A stretch of DNA of 64,000 nt, taken from contig NC_086097.1 in the NCBI RefSeq assembly GCF_963921235.1, positions 216,568,001 through 216,632,000 on the forward strand. The letters are read 5' to 3'. Position 1 is the stretch's first letter. Every line of letters begins with the position of its first letter. This DNA comes from Mobula hypostoma (taxonomy: Eukaryota). This document shows positions 51,309 through 64,000 of this stretch, piece after piece. A model generated the notes under the pieces. That model did no database searches and was not told the origin of the DNA. It worked only from the letters and a program-made list of their open reading frames with translations. The position numbers and the translations under genes were made by a program.

Positions 51309-54300
51309 ATACAAAGGACAGGCAAGAGATGAGGCATAATCACAGCCAGTGGGATGAGTTACAGGGCAATAGAGGCGTGGTGCAGTTAAAACAAAAAGCA
51401 ACAAATACTAGACTGAAAGTGTTATATTTGAATGCATGCAGCATAAGAAATAAAATGGACCATCTTGAAATTCAGCTACAGATTGGCAAGTATGACGTTG
51501 TGGCCATCTCTGAAACTTGGCTAAAGGATGGCTGCCATTGGGAGCTGAATGTCCAAGGATATATGGTGTATCAGAAAGAAAGGTTAGTAGGCAGAGGAGG
51601 TGTGGCCCTGTGTGTAAGAAATAATATTAAACCATTAGAAAGGGATGACATAGGATCGGAAGGTGTAGAGTCTCTATGGGATGAGTTAAGAAATGGTAAG
51701 GGTAAAAGGACCCTAACGGCAGTTGTATACAGGCCTCCAAACAGCAGCTGGGATGTGGATTACAAATTATAGCAGGAGATAGAAAAGGCATGTCAGAAGG
51801 GCAATATCATGATGATAATTTAGGATTTTAACAAGAAAATAAATTGGAAAAACCAGGCCAGCACTGGACCTCAAGACAGAGAATTTGTACAATGTCTGAG
51901 GGATGGCATTTATTGTTGAGTCCACTAGGGGATCAGCTGTGCTGGACTGGGTGTTGTGCAATGATCTGGAGATGATGAGAGTTGAAGGATAAGGAACTCT
52001 TAGGGAACAGTGATCACAATATGATCCAGTTCACTTTGAAATTTAAGAAGGAGAAGCTAAATTCCAATGTGTCGATATTTCAGTGGAATAAAGGAAGTTA
52101 CAATGGAATGAGAGAGAAACTGGCAAAGTTGACTGGAAACGACAGTAGCAGGAAGGACAGCAGAGCAGCAATGGCTGGAGTTTCTGCAAAAAATGAGGGA
52201 AGTGCAAGATAGATATATTCCAAATAAGAAGAAATTTTTGAATGGAAGAAAGACACTACCGTGGCTAACAAGTGAAGTCAGAACCAAAGTAAAAGCAAAA
52301 GAGAGAACATACAAGGAAGCCAGAGCTAGTGGGAAGATAGAGGATTGGGAAGCATTAAAAAACTTGCAGAAGGAAACTAAGAAAGTCATTAGGAAGGAAA
52401 AAATGAATTATGAAAGGAAGTTGGCGACTAAGATCAAAGAAGATACTGAAAGCTTTTTTAAGTATATAAAGGGTAAAAGAGAGTTGAGGGTAGATATAGG
52501 ACCAACAGAAAATGACGCTGAAGATATTGTAATGAGAGACGCAGAGATGACAAAGGAACTGAGTGCGTATTTTGCATCAGTCTTCACAGTGGAACACATC
52601 TGCGGTATACCGGACATTCAAGAGTGTCACGGAAGTGAAGTATGTGCAGTGAAAATTACGACTGAGAAGGTGCTCAGGAAGCTTAATGGTCCGAGGGTGG
52701 ATAAATCTTGTGGACCTGATGGAATGCACACTCGGGTTCTGAAGGAAGTAGCTGGAGAGAATGCGGAGGCATTAACAATAATCTTTCAAGAATCGATAGA
52801 TTCTGGCATTGTACCAGATGAATGGAAAATTGCAAATGTTACTCCACTATTTAAGAAGGGTGGGAGGCAGCAGAAAGGAAACTATAGACCTGTTAGCCTG
52901 ACATCAGTGGATGGGAAGTTGCTGGAATCGATTGTTAGGGATGCGATTACGGTGTACCTGGAGGCACATGACAAGATAGGCCAAAGCCAGCATGGGATTA
53001 ATGGATTTGTGGCTAAATTTGCTGATGATGCAAAGACAGGTGGAGGAGCAGGTAGTGTTGAGGAAACAGAGAGGCTGCAGAGAGACTCGGATAGTTAGGG
53101 GTGTGACAAGAATACACATAGATTAAGATGTTAGCTGTCCTGTGGAATCAGCAGGTGGTCTGCCACCTGTCTTCAGGAGAGAGAGAGAGATAAGGAAAAC
53201 AATGGAGCAGCATGTGGAGATGTTAATGAAGGAAGGAGAGCTGTCAAGAGCGGCTCCCCCTTTGAACCCTGAACTGTTTGAAGTGATGGACAGGCGATAC
53301 CCCAGCAGGGGATAAAAATGGACAGGTTTGCTAAGGCAGAACACACACACGACACCCGAGGTAACGAGACCCTGGAAGCGGTGCGCCTCTCACAAGTCGG
53401 TGGGAAGATTTTCGACGGCTGATCGCAGGATCAAGCCATAGACGCTCAGGGTGGAAAGGCAGGATCGGCGGGAACCTGGTGTGTGTCCACCCTTGCCTGG
53501 GTGCCAGGTTCACCGCAGGGAAACGATTCGTATCTGGAAACGGAGGGGTCATGGTTGGTGACCTCAGATGACATCACAAAGGGTTCGCACGAAAGCTGAC
53601 TGCGAAGGTCTGTGTGTGGGAGCCGTTTGAATATTCATTCGTTTTGCTCTCTCTCTCCTTCCTCCCACTGTCTGCGAACTGAACTGAACTAAATTGAACT
53701 GAACTTTGCGTCACTTTGAAATTGGTCATTTACCCCTAGACAACGATAGAGCTTGATTGATCCTGTCATCTGAATTCTGTGTACATGTATGTTTATCATT
53801 GCTGAACTGTTGCATTCATTATCCTTTTGATTAGAGTACTGTGTTGCTTGTTTCTTTAATAAAACTTTCTTAGTTCTAGTAATCCAGACTCCAACTGAGT
53901 GATCCATTTCTGCTGGTTTGGCAACCCAGTTACGGGGTACGTAACAGGGGGAATGGGCAAAGAAGTGGCAAATGAAATACTATATTGGAAAGTGTACGAT
54001 CATGCACTTTGGTGGAAGAAATAAATGGGCAGACTATGGGGAGAGAATTCAAAATGCAGAGATCCAAAGGGACTTGGGAGTCCTTGTGTAGGATACCCTG
54101 AAGGTTAATATCCAGGTTGAGACGGTGGTGAATGCAATGCTGGCATTCATTTCTAGAGGTAAAGGATATAAGAGCAGGGATGTGATGTTGAGGCTCTATA
54201 AGGCACTCATGAGACCACAGTTGGAATACTGTGTGCTGTTTTGGGCTCCTTATTTTACTAACATTGGAGAGAGTTCAGAGAAGATACAGGAGAGTGATTC

Positions 54301-54742
54301 CAGGAATAAAGGGTTACCATATGAGGAACGTCTGGCAGCTCTTGGGCTGTATTCCCTAGAGTTCAGGAGAGTGAGGGGGAATCACTTAGAAACATTCCGA
54401 ATGTTAAAAGGCCTGAACATATTAGATATGGCAAAGTTACTTCCCATGGTAGGGTAGTCTACAACAAGAGGGTATGACTTCAGGATTGAAGGACATCCAT
54501 TTAGAACAGAGATGCAGAGAAATTACTTTAGTCAAAGGGTGGAATTTATTGCCACGAGTGGCTGTGGAGGCCAAGTCGTTGGGTGCATTTAAGGCAGGGA
54601 TAGATAGGTTCTTGATTAGCCAGGGCATCAAAGGGTGTGGGAAGAAGGCAGGGGAGTGGGGATGACTGGAAGAATTGGATCAGCCCATGATTGAATGGCG
54701 GAGCAGACCCGAAGGGTCAAATGGCCTACTTCTGCTCCTATA
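51309..54742 (+). mobile_element. Decayed CR1 ORF2 to 3' end, interrupted by a solo LTR
   Basis: YLNACSIRNK, ETWL, YRPPN, SDHN, NYRPVSLTSV, FADD and RPQLEYC motifs. Confidence 0.88.
53102..53946 (+). mobile_element. Solo LTR (845 bp), TSD GGGG
   Basis: TGTGAC...GTAACA termini, GGGG on both sides, AATAAA at 53858-53863. The host CR1 rejoins across it. Confidence 0.85.
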
Positions 54743-54745
54743 TAG

Positions 54746-57700
54746 GGAACAGAGGAACCCTACAGCACGATACAGGTCCTTTGGCCCACAAAGCTGTGCC
54801 GAGGAGGCTCTCACCTTACAAATTACCTAGGGTTACCCATAGCTCATTTTTTCTAAGCTCCATGTACCTATCCAGGATTCTCTTCAAAGACCCTATCGTA
54901 TTTGCCTTCACCACCATCGCCAGCAGCCTATTCCACGCACTCACCACTCTGCATAAAAAAAAGCTTACCCCTGACATCTCCTCTGTACCTACTTCCAAGC
55001 ACCTTAAAACTGTGACGTCTCATGTTAGCCATTTCAGACCTGAGAAAAAGCCAAAAAGCCCCTGACTATCCACACTATCAATGCCTCTCATCATCTTGCA
55101 TACCTCTGTCAGGTCACCTCTCATCCTCCGTCACTCCAAGGAAAAAGGCCAAGTTCACTCAACAATTCTCATAAGGCATGCTCCCCAATCCAGACAATAC
55201 CCTCGTAAATCTCCTCTGCACATTTTCTACAGATGACATATCCTTCCTGTAGTGAGGTGACCAGAACTGAGCACAGTACTCCAAGTGGGGTCTGACCAGG
55301 GTCCTATATAGCTGCAACTTTACCTCTCAGCTCCTAAACTCAATCCCACGATCGATGAAGGCCAATGCACCGTATGCCTTCTTAACCACACAGTCAACCT
55401 GCACAGCAGCTTTGAGTGTCCAATGGATTCAGACCCCAAGATCCCTCTGATCCTCCACACTGCCAAGAGTCTTGCTATTAATGCAATATTCTGCCATCAT
55501 ATTTGACCTACCAAAATGAACCACCTCACACTTATCTGGGTTGAACTCCATCTGCCACTTCTCAGCCCAGTTCTGCATCCTATCAATGTCCAGCTGTAAC
55601 CTCTGATAGCCCTCCACACTATCCACAACACCTCCAACCTTTGTGTCATCAGCAAATTTACTAACCCATCCCTCCACTTCCTCATCCAGGTCATTTATAA
55701 AAATCACAAAGAATAGGGGTACCAGAACAGATCCCTGAGGCACACCACTGGTCACCAACCTCCATGCAGAATGTGACCCGTCTACAACTGCTCTTTGCCT
55801 TCTGTGGGCAAGCCATTTCTGGATCCACAAAGCAATGCCCCCTTGGATTCCATGCCTCCTTACTTTCTCAATAAGCCTTGCACGGGGTACCTTATCAAAT
55901 GCCTTGCTGAAATCCATATACACTACATATACTGCTCTACCTTCATCAGTGTGTTTAGTCACATCCTCAAAAAATTAAAATCAGGCTCATAAGGCATGAC
56001 CTGCCTTTGACAAAGCCACACTGACTAATCCTAATCATATTATGCCTCTTCAAATGTTCACAAATCCTGCTTCTCAGGATCTTCTCTATCAATTTACCAA
56101 CCACTGAAGTAAGACCCACTGGTCTATAATTTCCTGGGCTATCTCTACTCCCTTTCTTGAATAAGGATACAATATCCACAACACTTCAATCCTCTGGAGC
56201 CTCTCCCATCCCCATTGATGAGGCAAAGATCATCACTGGAGGCTCAGCAATCTCCTCCCTCGCCTTCCACAGTAGCCTAGAGTACATCTCATCCAGTACC
56301 AGTGACTTATCCAACTTGACGCTTTCCAAAAGCTCCAGCACATCCTCTTCCTTAATATCTACATGCTCAAGCTTTTCAGTCCGTTGTAACTCATTCCTAC
56401 AATCGCCAAGATCCTTTTCCATAGTGAATACTGAAGCAAAGTATTCATTAAGTATCTCTACTATCTCCTCTGGGTCCATACACACTTTTCCACTGTCACA
56501 CTTGATTGGTCCTATTCTCTCACGTCTTATCCTTTTGCTCTTCAAATACTTGTAGAATGTCTCAGGGTTTTTTTAATCTTGCTCACCAAGACATTCCCAT
56601 GGCCTCTTCTGGCTCTCCTAATTTCATTATTTAGCTCCTTCCTGCTAGCCCTATAATCTTCTAGATCTCTAACATTACCCAGTTTTTTTGAACCTTTCAT
56701 AAGCTCTTCTTTTCTGCTTGACTAGATTTACAACAGCCTTTGTACACCACGGTTCCTGTACCTTACCATCCTTTCCCTGTCTCATTGGAATGCACCTATG
56801 CAGAACTCCATGCAAGTATCCCGTGCACATTTGCCACATTTCTTACACGTTTCCCTGAGAACATCCGTTCCCAATTTATGCTTCCAAGTTCCTGCCTGAT
56901 AGCCTCAATATTTCCCCTCAATCCAATTAAACGCTTTCCGAACTTGTCTGTTCCTAGCCCCCTCCAGTGCTATGGTAAAGGAGAGAGAATTCTGATCACC
57001 ATCTCCAAAATGCTCTCCCGCTGAGAGATCTGACACCTGACCAGGTTCATTTCCCAGTACCAGATCAAGTACAGCCTTTCCTCCTGTAGGCTTATCTACA
57101 TAATGTGTCAACAAACCTCCCTGAACACACTTAACAAACTCCACCCCATCTAAACCCCTTCCTCTAGGGAGATGCCAATCGATATTTGGGATATTAAAAT
57201 CTTCCACCAGAACAACCCTGTTATTATTACACCTTTCCAGAATCTGTCTCCTTATCTGCTCCTCGATGTCCCTGTTACTATTGGGTGGTCTAGAAAAAAC
57301 ACCCAGTAGAGTTATTGACCCCTTCCTGTTTCTAACTTCCACCCACAGAGACTCCACAGACAAACCCTCCATGACTTCCTCCTTTTCTACAGCTGTGATA
57401 CTATCTCTGATCAACAGTGCCATGCGAGCACCTCTTTTGCCTCCCTGTCCTTTCTGAAACATCTAAAACCTGGCACTTGAAGTAACCATTCCTGCTCCTG
57501 AGCCATCCAAGTCTCTGTAATGGCCACAACATCATAGCTCCAAGTACTGATCCACACTTCAAGCTCATTGGCTTTGTTCGTAATACTCCTTGCATTAAAA
57601 TAGACACATCTCAAACCATCGGTCTGAGCGCATCCCTTCTCTATCACCTGTGTATCTTCCCTCTCCCACTGTCTCCAAGCTTTCTCTATTTGTGAGCCAT

Positions 57701-59170
57701 CCGCCTCTTGCTCCATCTCTTCATTTCAGTTCCCACCCCCCAGCAATTCTAGTTTAAACTCCCCCTAATAACCTTTGCAAAACTCCCTGCCAGGATGTTG
57801 GTCCCTTGGGATTCAAATGCAACCTGTCCTTTTTGTACAGGTCACGCCCGCCCCAAAAGAGGTCCCAATGATCCAGAAATCTGAATCCCCGCCGCCTGCT
57901 CCAATCTCTCAGCCATGCATTCATCCTCCACCTCATTCTATTCCTATACTCACTGCCACGTGGCACAGGCAGTAATCCCGAGATTACTACTTTTGAGGTC
58001 CTGCTTCTCAACTTCTTTCCTAACTCCCTGTTGTCTGCTTTCAGGACCACCTGCCTTTTCCTACCTATGTTCCTAAAATCCTAAAGGGATTGGACAGGCT
58101 AGATGTAGGAAGATTGTTCCCGATGTTGGGGAAGTCCAGAACGAGGGGTCACAGTTTGAGGATAAAGGGGAAGCCTTTTAGGACCGAGATTAGGAAAAAC
58201 TTCTTCACACAGAGAGCGGTGAATCTGTGGAATTCTCTGCCACAGGAAACAGTTGAGGCCAGTTCATTGGCTATATTTAAGAGGGAGTTAGATATGGCCC
58301 TTGTGGCTAAAGGGATCAGGGGGTATGGAGGGAAGGCTGGTGCAGGGTTCTGAGTTGGATGATCAGCCATGATCATACTGAATGGCGGTGCAGGCTCGAA
58401 GGGCCGAATGGCCTACTCCTGCACCTATTTTCTATGTTTCTATGTTTCCATGTTGTTGGTACCAATATGTACCACGACCTCTGGCTGTTCTCCTTCCCAT
58501 TTCAGGATATTGTGGACACGATCAGAAACATCCCGGACCCTGGCACCTGAGAGGCAAATGACCATCCGTGTTTCTTTCCTGCATCCACAGAATTGCCTGT
58601 CTGACCCCCTAACTATAGAGTCCTCTATCACTGCTGCCATCCTCTTCCTTTCCCTACCCTTCTGAACCACAGGCCAGACTCTGTGCCAGAGGCGCGGCCA
58701 CTGTTGCTTCCCCCAGGTCGGCCATCCACGCGCCCCCCCCCCCAAAAAGTACTCAAACAGGAGTACTTATTGTTATGGGGGACAGCCACTGGGGTACGCT
58801 CGAGTATCTGACCCTTGCCCTTCCCTCTGACTGTTACCTACTTATCTGTTTCCCGAGGCTTCGGTGTGACTACCTGTCTATAGTTCCTATCTATTACCTC
58901 CTTGCTCTCCCTGACCAGACAAAGGCCATCGAGCTGCATCTCCAGTTCCCTAACGCAATCCCCAAGGAGCTGCAGCTCAACACACCCGGCGCAGATGTGG
59001 CCGCCCTGGAGACTGGGTGTCTCCAGGACTTGCCACATCGGACACCCAGCACAGAACATCAGCCTCACACATACTTCTACACAGGCAACCTACCTCGCCT
59101 CGACCCGTTACCGCTGAAGCCCCGTTGAACCAAAGCACTCCCACTCTGTCTCCCTCTACTCTGACACTCG
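54746..59170 (-). mobile_element. Near full-length decayed CR1 (ORF1 zinc finger/esterase and ORF2)
   Basis: ORFs 58838..59068, 58440..58745, 57754..58050, 57411..57716, 56905..57462, 56186..56545 and 55429..55962. Confidence 0.9.
58071..58447 (+). mobile_element. Short young CR1 3' fragment nested in CR1 ORF1
   Basis: Nearly identical to 35360-35728, with a (TTTCTATG)n tail and atgtt at both junctions. Confidence 0.9.
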
Positions 59171-59189
59171 CTCATATTATATGGTCTTA

Positions 59190-61142
59190 TTCATCAGGAT
59201 GCTCTTTATCGACTACTGCTCAGCATTCAAGACCATCATCCCCTCAAAACTAATCAATAAGCTCCAAGACCTTGGCCTCAATATCTTTTTGTGGAAGTGG
59301 ATCCTCGATTTCATCACTTGCAGTCCCAGTCAGTTTGGATTGGCAACGACATCTCCTCCAAGATCTTGATCAGCACAGGTGCAACACAAGGCTATGTGCT
59401 TAGTTCCCTGTTCCATTCACTTTACACTTATGACTGTGTGGTTACACACAGCTCCAACGCCATATTCAAAGTTGCTGACAACAACATTGTTGTAGGCCGA
59501 ATCAAAGGTGATGATGAATCAGCATACAAGAGGGAGGTTGAAAATCTGGCTGAATGGTGCCATAACAACAACCTCTGTAAGCAAGACCAAGGAGCTTATT
59601 ATTAACTTCAGGAGAAGGCAACAAGAGGTTCACAAGCGAGTGCGCAGAGGATCAGAGGTGGAGAGGGTCAGTAACTTTATATTCCTCAATGTTATCATTC
59701 TGGAGGACGTGTCCTGGCCCAGCACATAACTGCAATAACAAAGAAAGCACAGCAGGCCTCTACTTCCTTTGGGAGTTTAGAAAAATTTGGCATGACATCT
59801 TAAACTATATCAAACATCTATAGCTGTGTCGTGGAGAGTATATTGACTGGTTACATTATGGCCTGGTATGGAAATACCAATGACCTTGAACAGAAAATAC
59901 TACAAAAAAATAGTGGATATGGCCCAGTGCATCACATGTAAAGCCCTCCCCACCATTGAGCGCATCTACACAGAGCATTGCCGCAGGAAAGCAGCATCTA
60001 ATGTCAAGGACTCCCAACATCAGAGCTCTCTTCTCACTGCTGTCATCCGGTAGAAGGTAGAGGAGGCTCAGGACTCACACCACCATGTTCAGGAACAATT
60101 ATTACCCTCAACCATCAGACTCTTGAATCAAAGGGGATACCTTCACTCGCCCATCATTGAAACCTTCCCACAATTTATGGACTCATTTTCAAGGACTCTG
60201 CATCTCATGTTCTCAATATTTATTGCTTATTTGTGTAAGGGGGTTTCGTCTTTTATGTTACTGCGGAGGCCAATTAAAATGGCTTCTTTGTTATGTTATA
60301 ATCGGGAATGCTTCTTTGTTATGTTAAACGCTGAGAAAGCTTTGCGCTAGCAGCTTGTTGTGAGTTAGGGGGTGATAAGAGGATGTTATGAACCAATTGG
60401 GATAGTTGCTATGATTTTGGTGTATCTGGAAGTTTTTGTATGCCCGGGGTTTTGGGGCAGAAGGCGGGACAGAGAGAGAGAGAGAGACAGAGAATGGACC
60501 AGATGCTGTGAGTCCGCTAACGGAGTCGGACCCCGAGTTCGGTGAGGAGGGGAGACGGAGACGGAGACGGACTCGTGTGGAGTATCTGGTCGACCACCGT
60601 TGTTGGTCCCAGGTGGCCGGTCGGGGCGGTCCGTGGGGTCGCAGGGTGAAGAAGAAGGGTCCTGAGTTCCAACTGTTTTTGTGCACGAAGAGATTGAACT
60701 TTGATAAGTGTGGCGCCTTTTATTTTCCTTTTATATTTCATTTTATTAATTATATAGTTCCAGTAATATCTATAAACTGTAAATCATTTAATCGTATCTG
60801 GTGTATGTCTGTTATTTGGGCGGGGTGGGGTACATTACACAGCATCCACACAAACTATTACCCAGTCTGGCGGGGCTGAGGGCTATTTCCCTAGATGACA
60901 GTGAGCCGAGCGACCCTGAGGGTGGCCGGGGGGCTAGATTTGCTTATTATTATTATTATTTTTCTTCTTCTATTTGCACAGAGTGTCTTTTGCACGCTGG
61001 TTGAAAGCCCAAGCTAGTTGTGTCTTTCATTGATTCTGTTATGGTTATTATTCTATGATGGATTTATTGAGAATGTCTGCAAGAATCCCAGTGTTATATA
61101 TGGTGACATCAATGTACTTTGATAATAAATTTACTTTAAATT
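59190..61142 (+). mobile_element. Rex1/Babar LINE RT to 3' end, interrupted by a solo LTR
   Basis: RMLFIDYCSAF.TIIP, GATQGxVLS, SKTKELII.FR motifs, and aataaatttacttt at the end. Confidence 0.85.
60234..60938 (+). mobile_element. Solo LTR (~705 bp), TSD TTTG
   Basis: TGTAAG...GCTAGA (last CA apparently mutated). TTTG at 60230-60233 and 60939-60942. CpG-rich interior. Confidence 0.75.
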
Positions 61143-61487
61143 TTGAAGGTAGTCCATTATCTGCATTAGGTGCTTGTGTTAATTTTCTTCACTTACAGCC
61201 AATCAAAAGAATGCAGCAACATACATACTGGATGAATTCCTCTGTCAATAGCTATTAAGAACTAACATTGTTTATAGTATTGTAACAGTATTAGTAGTGA
61301 TTTGATGTGTTCTGTATTTTGTTTAAATACATACTGTGTCACTCAGTTAAGTAGTAGTTTGCCTTTTCTCCCTCCCCCCCCCATACCTTTTTAATTATTT
61401 CCATGAAACTTCATCTAATTGGGGCACACGCTTAACTGAGCCAAAATGTATTGGTCCCAATATGTCTCAATTAACTGGAATCCACTG
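61143..61487 (+). mobile_element. Right half of the same MITE
   Basis: Ends AATTAACTGGAATCCACTG followed by TA. Internal match to 63060-63287. Confidence 0.8.
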
Positions 61488-62374
61488 TATATAAAAATGT
61501 AATTGCATACTAGATAATTGCAAATTGCTATTTGAAGCTAATATTGATCAGAATGTTAATTACATGGCCTCCTTCCACCACTGTTACTTTAATGTTCAAA
61601 ATCTGAAATAACCGAGTATCAGAGCCTTTGCCTGAGTATTGCTGTGGATGCCATGCAAATTAAAAAAAGCTTCCTCCCAATTCCTGATCCAGTCCAGCCT
61701 CTCCTGAAAGTATCATGCAAGGAGAGTCCTTTTATTGAAGATACAAGTATGAAGGAGAGAGAAGATTTATACAATAGCTGGGTCGGACCTACCTGCTTTA
61801 AATGAGCGAGAAAAATTATTATATGTAGACATAGGAACTATTTGGAGTAAATATTTTTAATGTTAGTTATTTTCTTATACAACTATAAGATTGAGATTTC
61901 ATTTTGGGCATGCATTTTATTGTAGTTTCTAGAATGAACTCTGATATTTAAAACCTTGTATGAACATAGAGGTCATGTTTTCCCATCTTTATATCTGTTT
62001 TTGATTATTCTCAAGACAATATAAACTTAGCCTATCAGTTTCACTGTGAAGAGGGGATAAGTATAAAATCGGTAACACAAAGATACTATATTCAAAATCT
62101 GAAATAAAATAGAAAACAGTAGAAATAATCAATAAATCAATCAGTACATTTGGAAAGAAACATAGTTAATATGTTTAATGTTAATGCTTTTCATCTTATT
62201 GATTTGAGAAAACAATCACGGCATTCTTTCTTTATACAAAATATTGATGGCAGCAGATCACTATATTTTAGGAAAATTAGTTGAATGCAAATAGGTTCTA
62301 TATACTGCTGATGGCTGCATTTAACAGCCAAGGGACAAAACTTGAAAGTATCAGTCACTTGACACTTATTTTAC

Positions 62375-62475
62375 CTTTGATTCCTTTAGGTAACAGTGCA
62401 TGGCCTGAGTCACGTCAGCAGCATGTACTGCGTTGTGATAAGGATTGTTACGGTGGTAGTCCTCCTGAACCATAA
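62375..62475 (-). CDS. PDE7A: PDE7A-like phosphodiesterase, internal coding exon (first in window): (V)[33 protein letters not shown]
   Basis: Manual translation of the minus strand gives the PDE class I YHNxxHAAD motif. Acceptor tgcag, donor gtaaaa, 101 bp, phase 1 to 0. Confidence 0.93.
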
Positions 62476-62725
62476 CTGCACAGAAAGAGGAAAAAAAAGT
62501 CCTTTGATCACAAACATGAGAAATATTTGGAAATATTAATGAAATTCAAGAGACAATTTCTTAAAATGCTTTGAATTTCTTCAAATTCAAATCTGAAAAT
62601 TAATGAATTTTCATCATTCTCAAGTTGATTAAAATTTTATTTCCAAGATAACACCAAAATCTTATATTAGTATATAAATCTGATGTTGTAGGTGGAAATG
62701 CACAAAAGGGTGAGTATATACAGTA

Positions 62726-63287
62726 CAGTGGATTCCTGTTAATTGGACAAGTTAATCAATTTGGGACAACTCTTAAAGAAAAAAAAACTAATTGAGAAAA
62801 TATCCAGGATGGCCTTTATTTATTTGGGACACCATGCCACTTAAATGAACCAGGAGTCTGTTTCTGAACAGCTTCTATCTAGCGTCAATCACATGCACTT
62901 GTGCGGCCATTAGACACTACACTGTACTTATGATACACTGTCAATTTGTATTTGTGTTCAAAATGCAGTGATGTTTGTCACTGATAGTTAACAAGAAATA
63001 AGTAGCAAGACAATTTGGAACTGGTTTACTCACCACAGTTCAAGCTTTCAGACTGAGTGTACACTGAATGAAATCCTCTGTTGATAACTATTAGGGACTA
63101 ACTCAGAGGTATTGGTAGTTCTCCAATTTGTTCTGTATTTCATTTAAGTACATAAATTTTTATTCAGTTAAATCATAATTTGTCTTTTTTTTACATCTTT
63201 TTAATAAATTTGAATGAATTGAGGCAGCTGCTTAATCAGGCCAAAATATACTGGTCCTGATGTGTCCCAATTAACCAAAATCCACTG
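62726..63287 (+). mobile_element. Uninterrupted relative of the split MITE (CAGTGGATT... TIRs)
   Basis: TA + CAGTGGATTCCTGTTAATTGG ... CCAATTAACCAAAATCCACTG. Confidence 0.8.
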
Positions 63288-63589
63288 AAATTGTCCAATG
63301 ACCGGTCACAACAAAATTCAGCAGCATCCAAGGCTCAAAGTATCAATCACTGCTGAGATGTCTTTCACATCTTTATTACTATATCAATGTCAAATGCAAA
63401 GTGAAAACAGGTGCTGGACCCATGTACAGGGATGAGGTGGGGGATGTCGAAGTCACAGTCAGGATAAAAAGTTCAATCAGAGGCTTGGCCAAGAGTAGGA
63501 CAAAAGAACCTGAGCCAGATATGAGAAAGGATTATGAAGTCAGGAGACAAGGTTTAAGAATAAGTATCACATGACATAATTTGCCCCAA

Positions 63590-64000
63590 TAATATTGTTT
63601 ACTTGGATTTTCAGAAGCCCTTGACAAGATGCTGCACACAAGGCTGCTAAACAAAACTAGAATCCATGGTAATACAGAAAATATACTAGTATGGACAGAA
63701 GATTGGCTGACTGGCGGAAGGCAAAGAGTGGGATTAAAGGGGGCCTTAGTGAAATCTGAGAGACTACTAGACAGGTTTATGGAGGAATTTAAGGTGGGGG
63801 GTTATATGGAAGGCAGGGTTTAAGGGTCGGCACAACATTGTGGGCCGAAGGGCCTGTACTGTGCTGTACTACTCTATGTTCTATGTTCTCTGATTGGCTG
63901 CTGGTGACTAGCTTCTTTTCACACTATACGTCAATAATTTGGACAATGAAATTGTGACAAATTTGTGGACAATACAAGATAGGTGAAGGTGCAGGTAGTG
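63590..64000 (+). mobile_element. CR1 RT fragment with a nested CR1 3' end (~63748-63888)
   Basis: LDFQKxxDK..WL.GGRQRV. The nested piece matches 8396-8531. Confidence 0.75.

Overview
Vertebrate nuclear DNA. The repeat content (abundant CR1 LINEs, Penelope, Rex1 and V-SINE-like elements) points to a cartilaginous fish; this is inference. The window holds the last seven coding exons and the 3' UTR of a cAMP phosphodiesterase 7 gene (PDE7A-like) on the minus strand. All exons have GT-AG boundaries and compatible phases. The introns and the 3' flank are packed with nested transposons: several CR1 subfamilies (including a very young one with an intact ~1000-codon ORF2), Rex1/Babar, RTE, Penelope-like elements with hammerhead-ribozyme relics, a Gypsy fragment, solo LTRs, a Tc1 (DD34E), a Tigger and MITEs. 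The most striking signal: five CR1 copies from divergent subfamilies all end ORF1 with U_UUA_AAC immediately followed by the stop codon. In the intact copy, ORF2 lies in the -1 frame and has no AUG until codon ~202, which suggests ORF2 is made by programmed -1 ribosomal frameshifting. Other notable points are a relic of the ancestral PDE7A C-terminus frameshifted into the 3' UTR, a ~0.8-kb MITE stretched to ~20 kb by nested insertions, and an in-frame CR1/Penelope RT chimera. Boundaries of old repeats are approximate.
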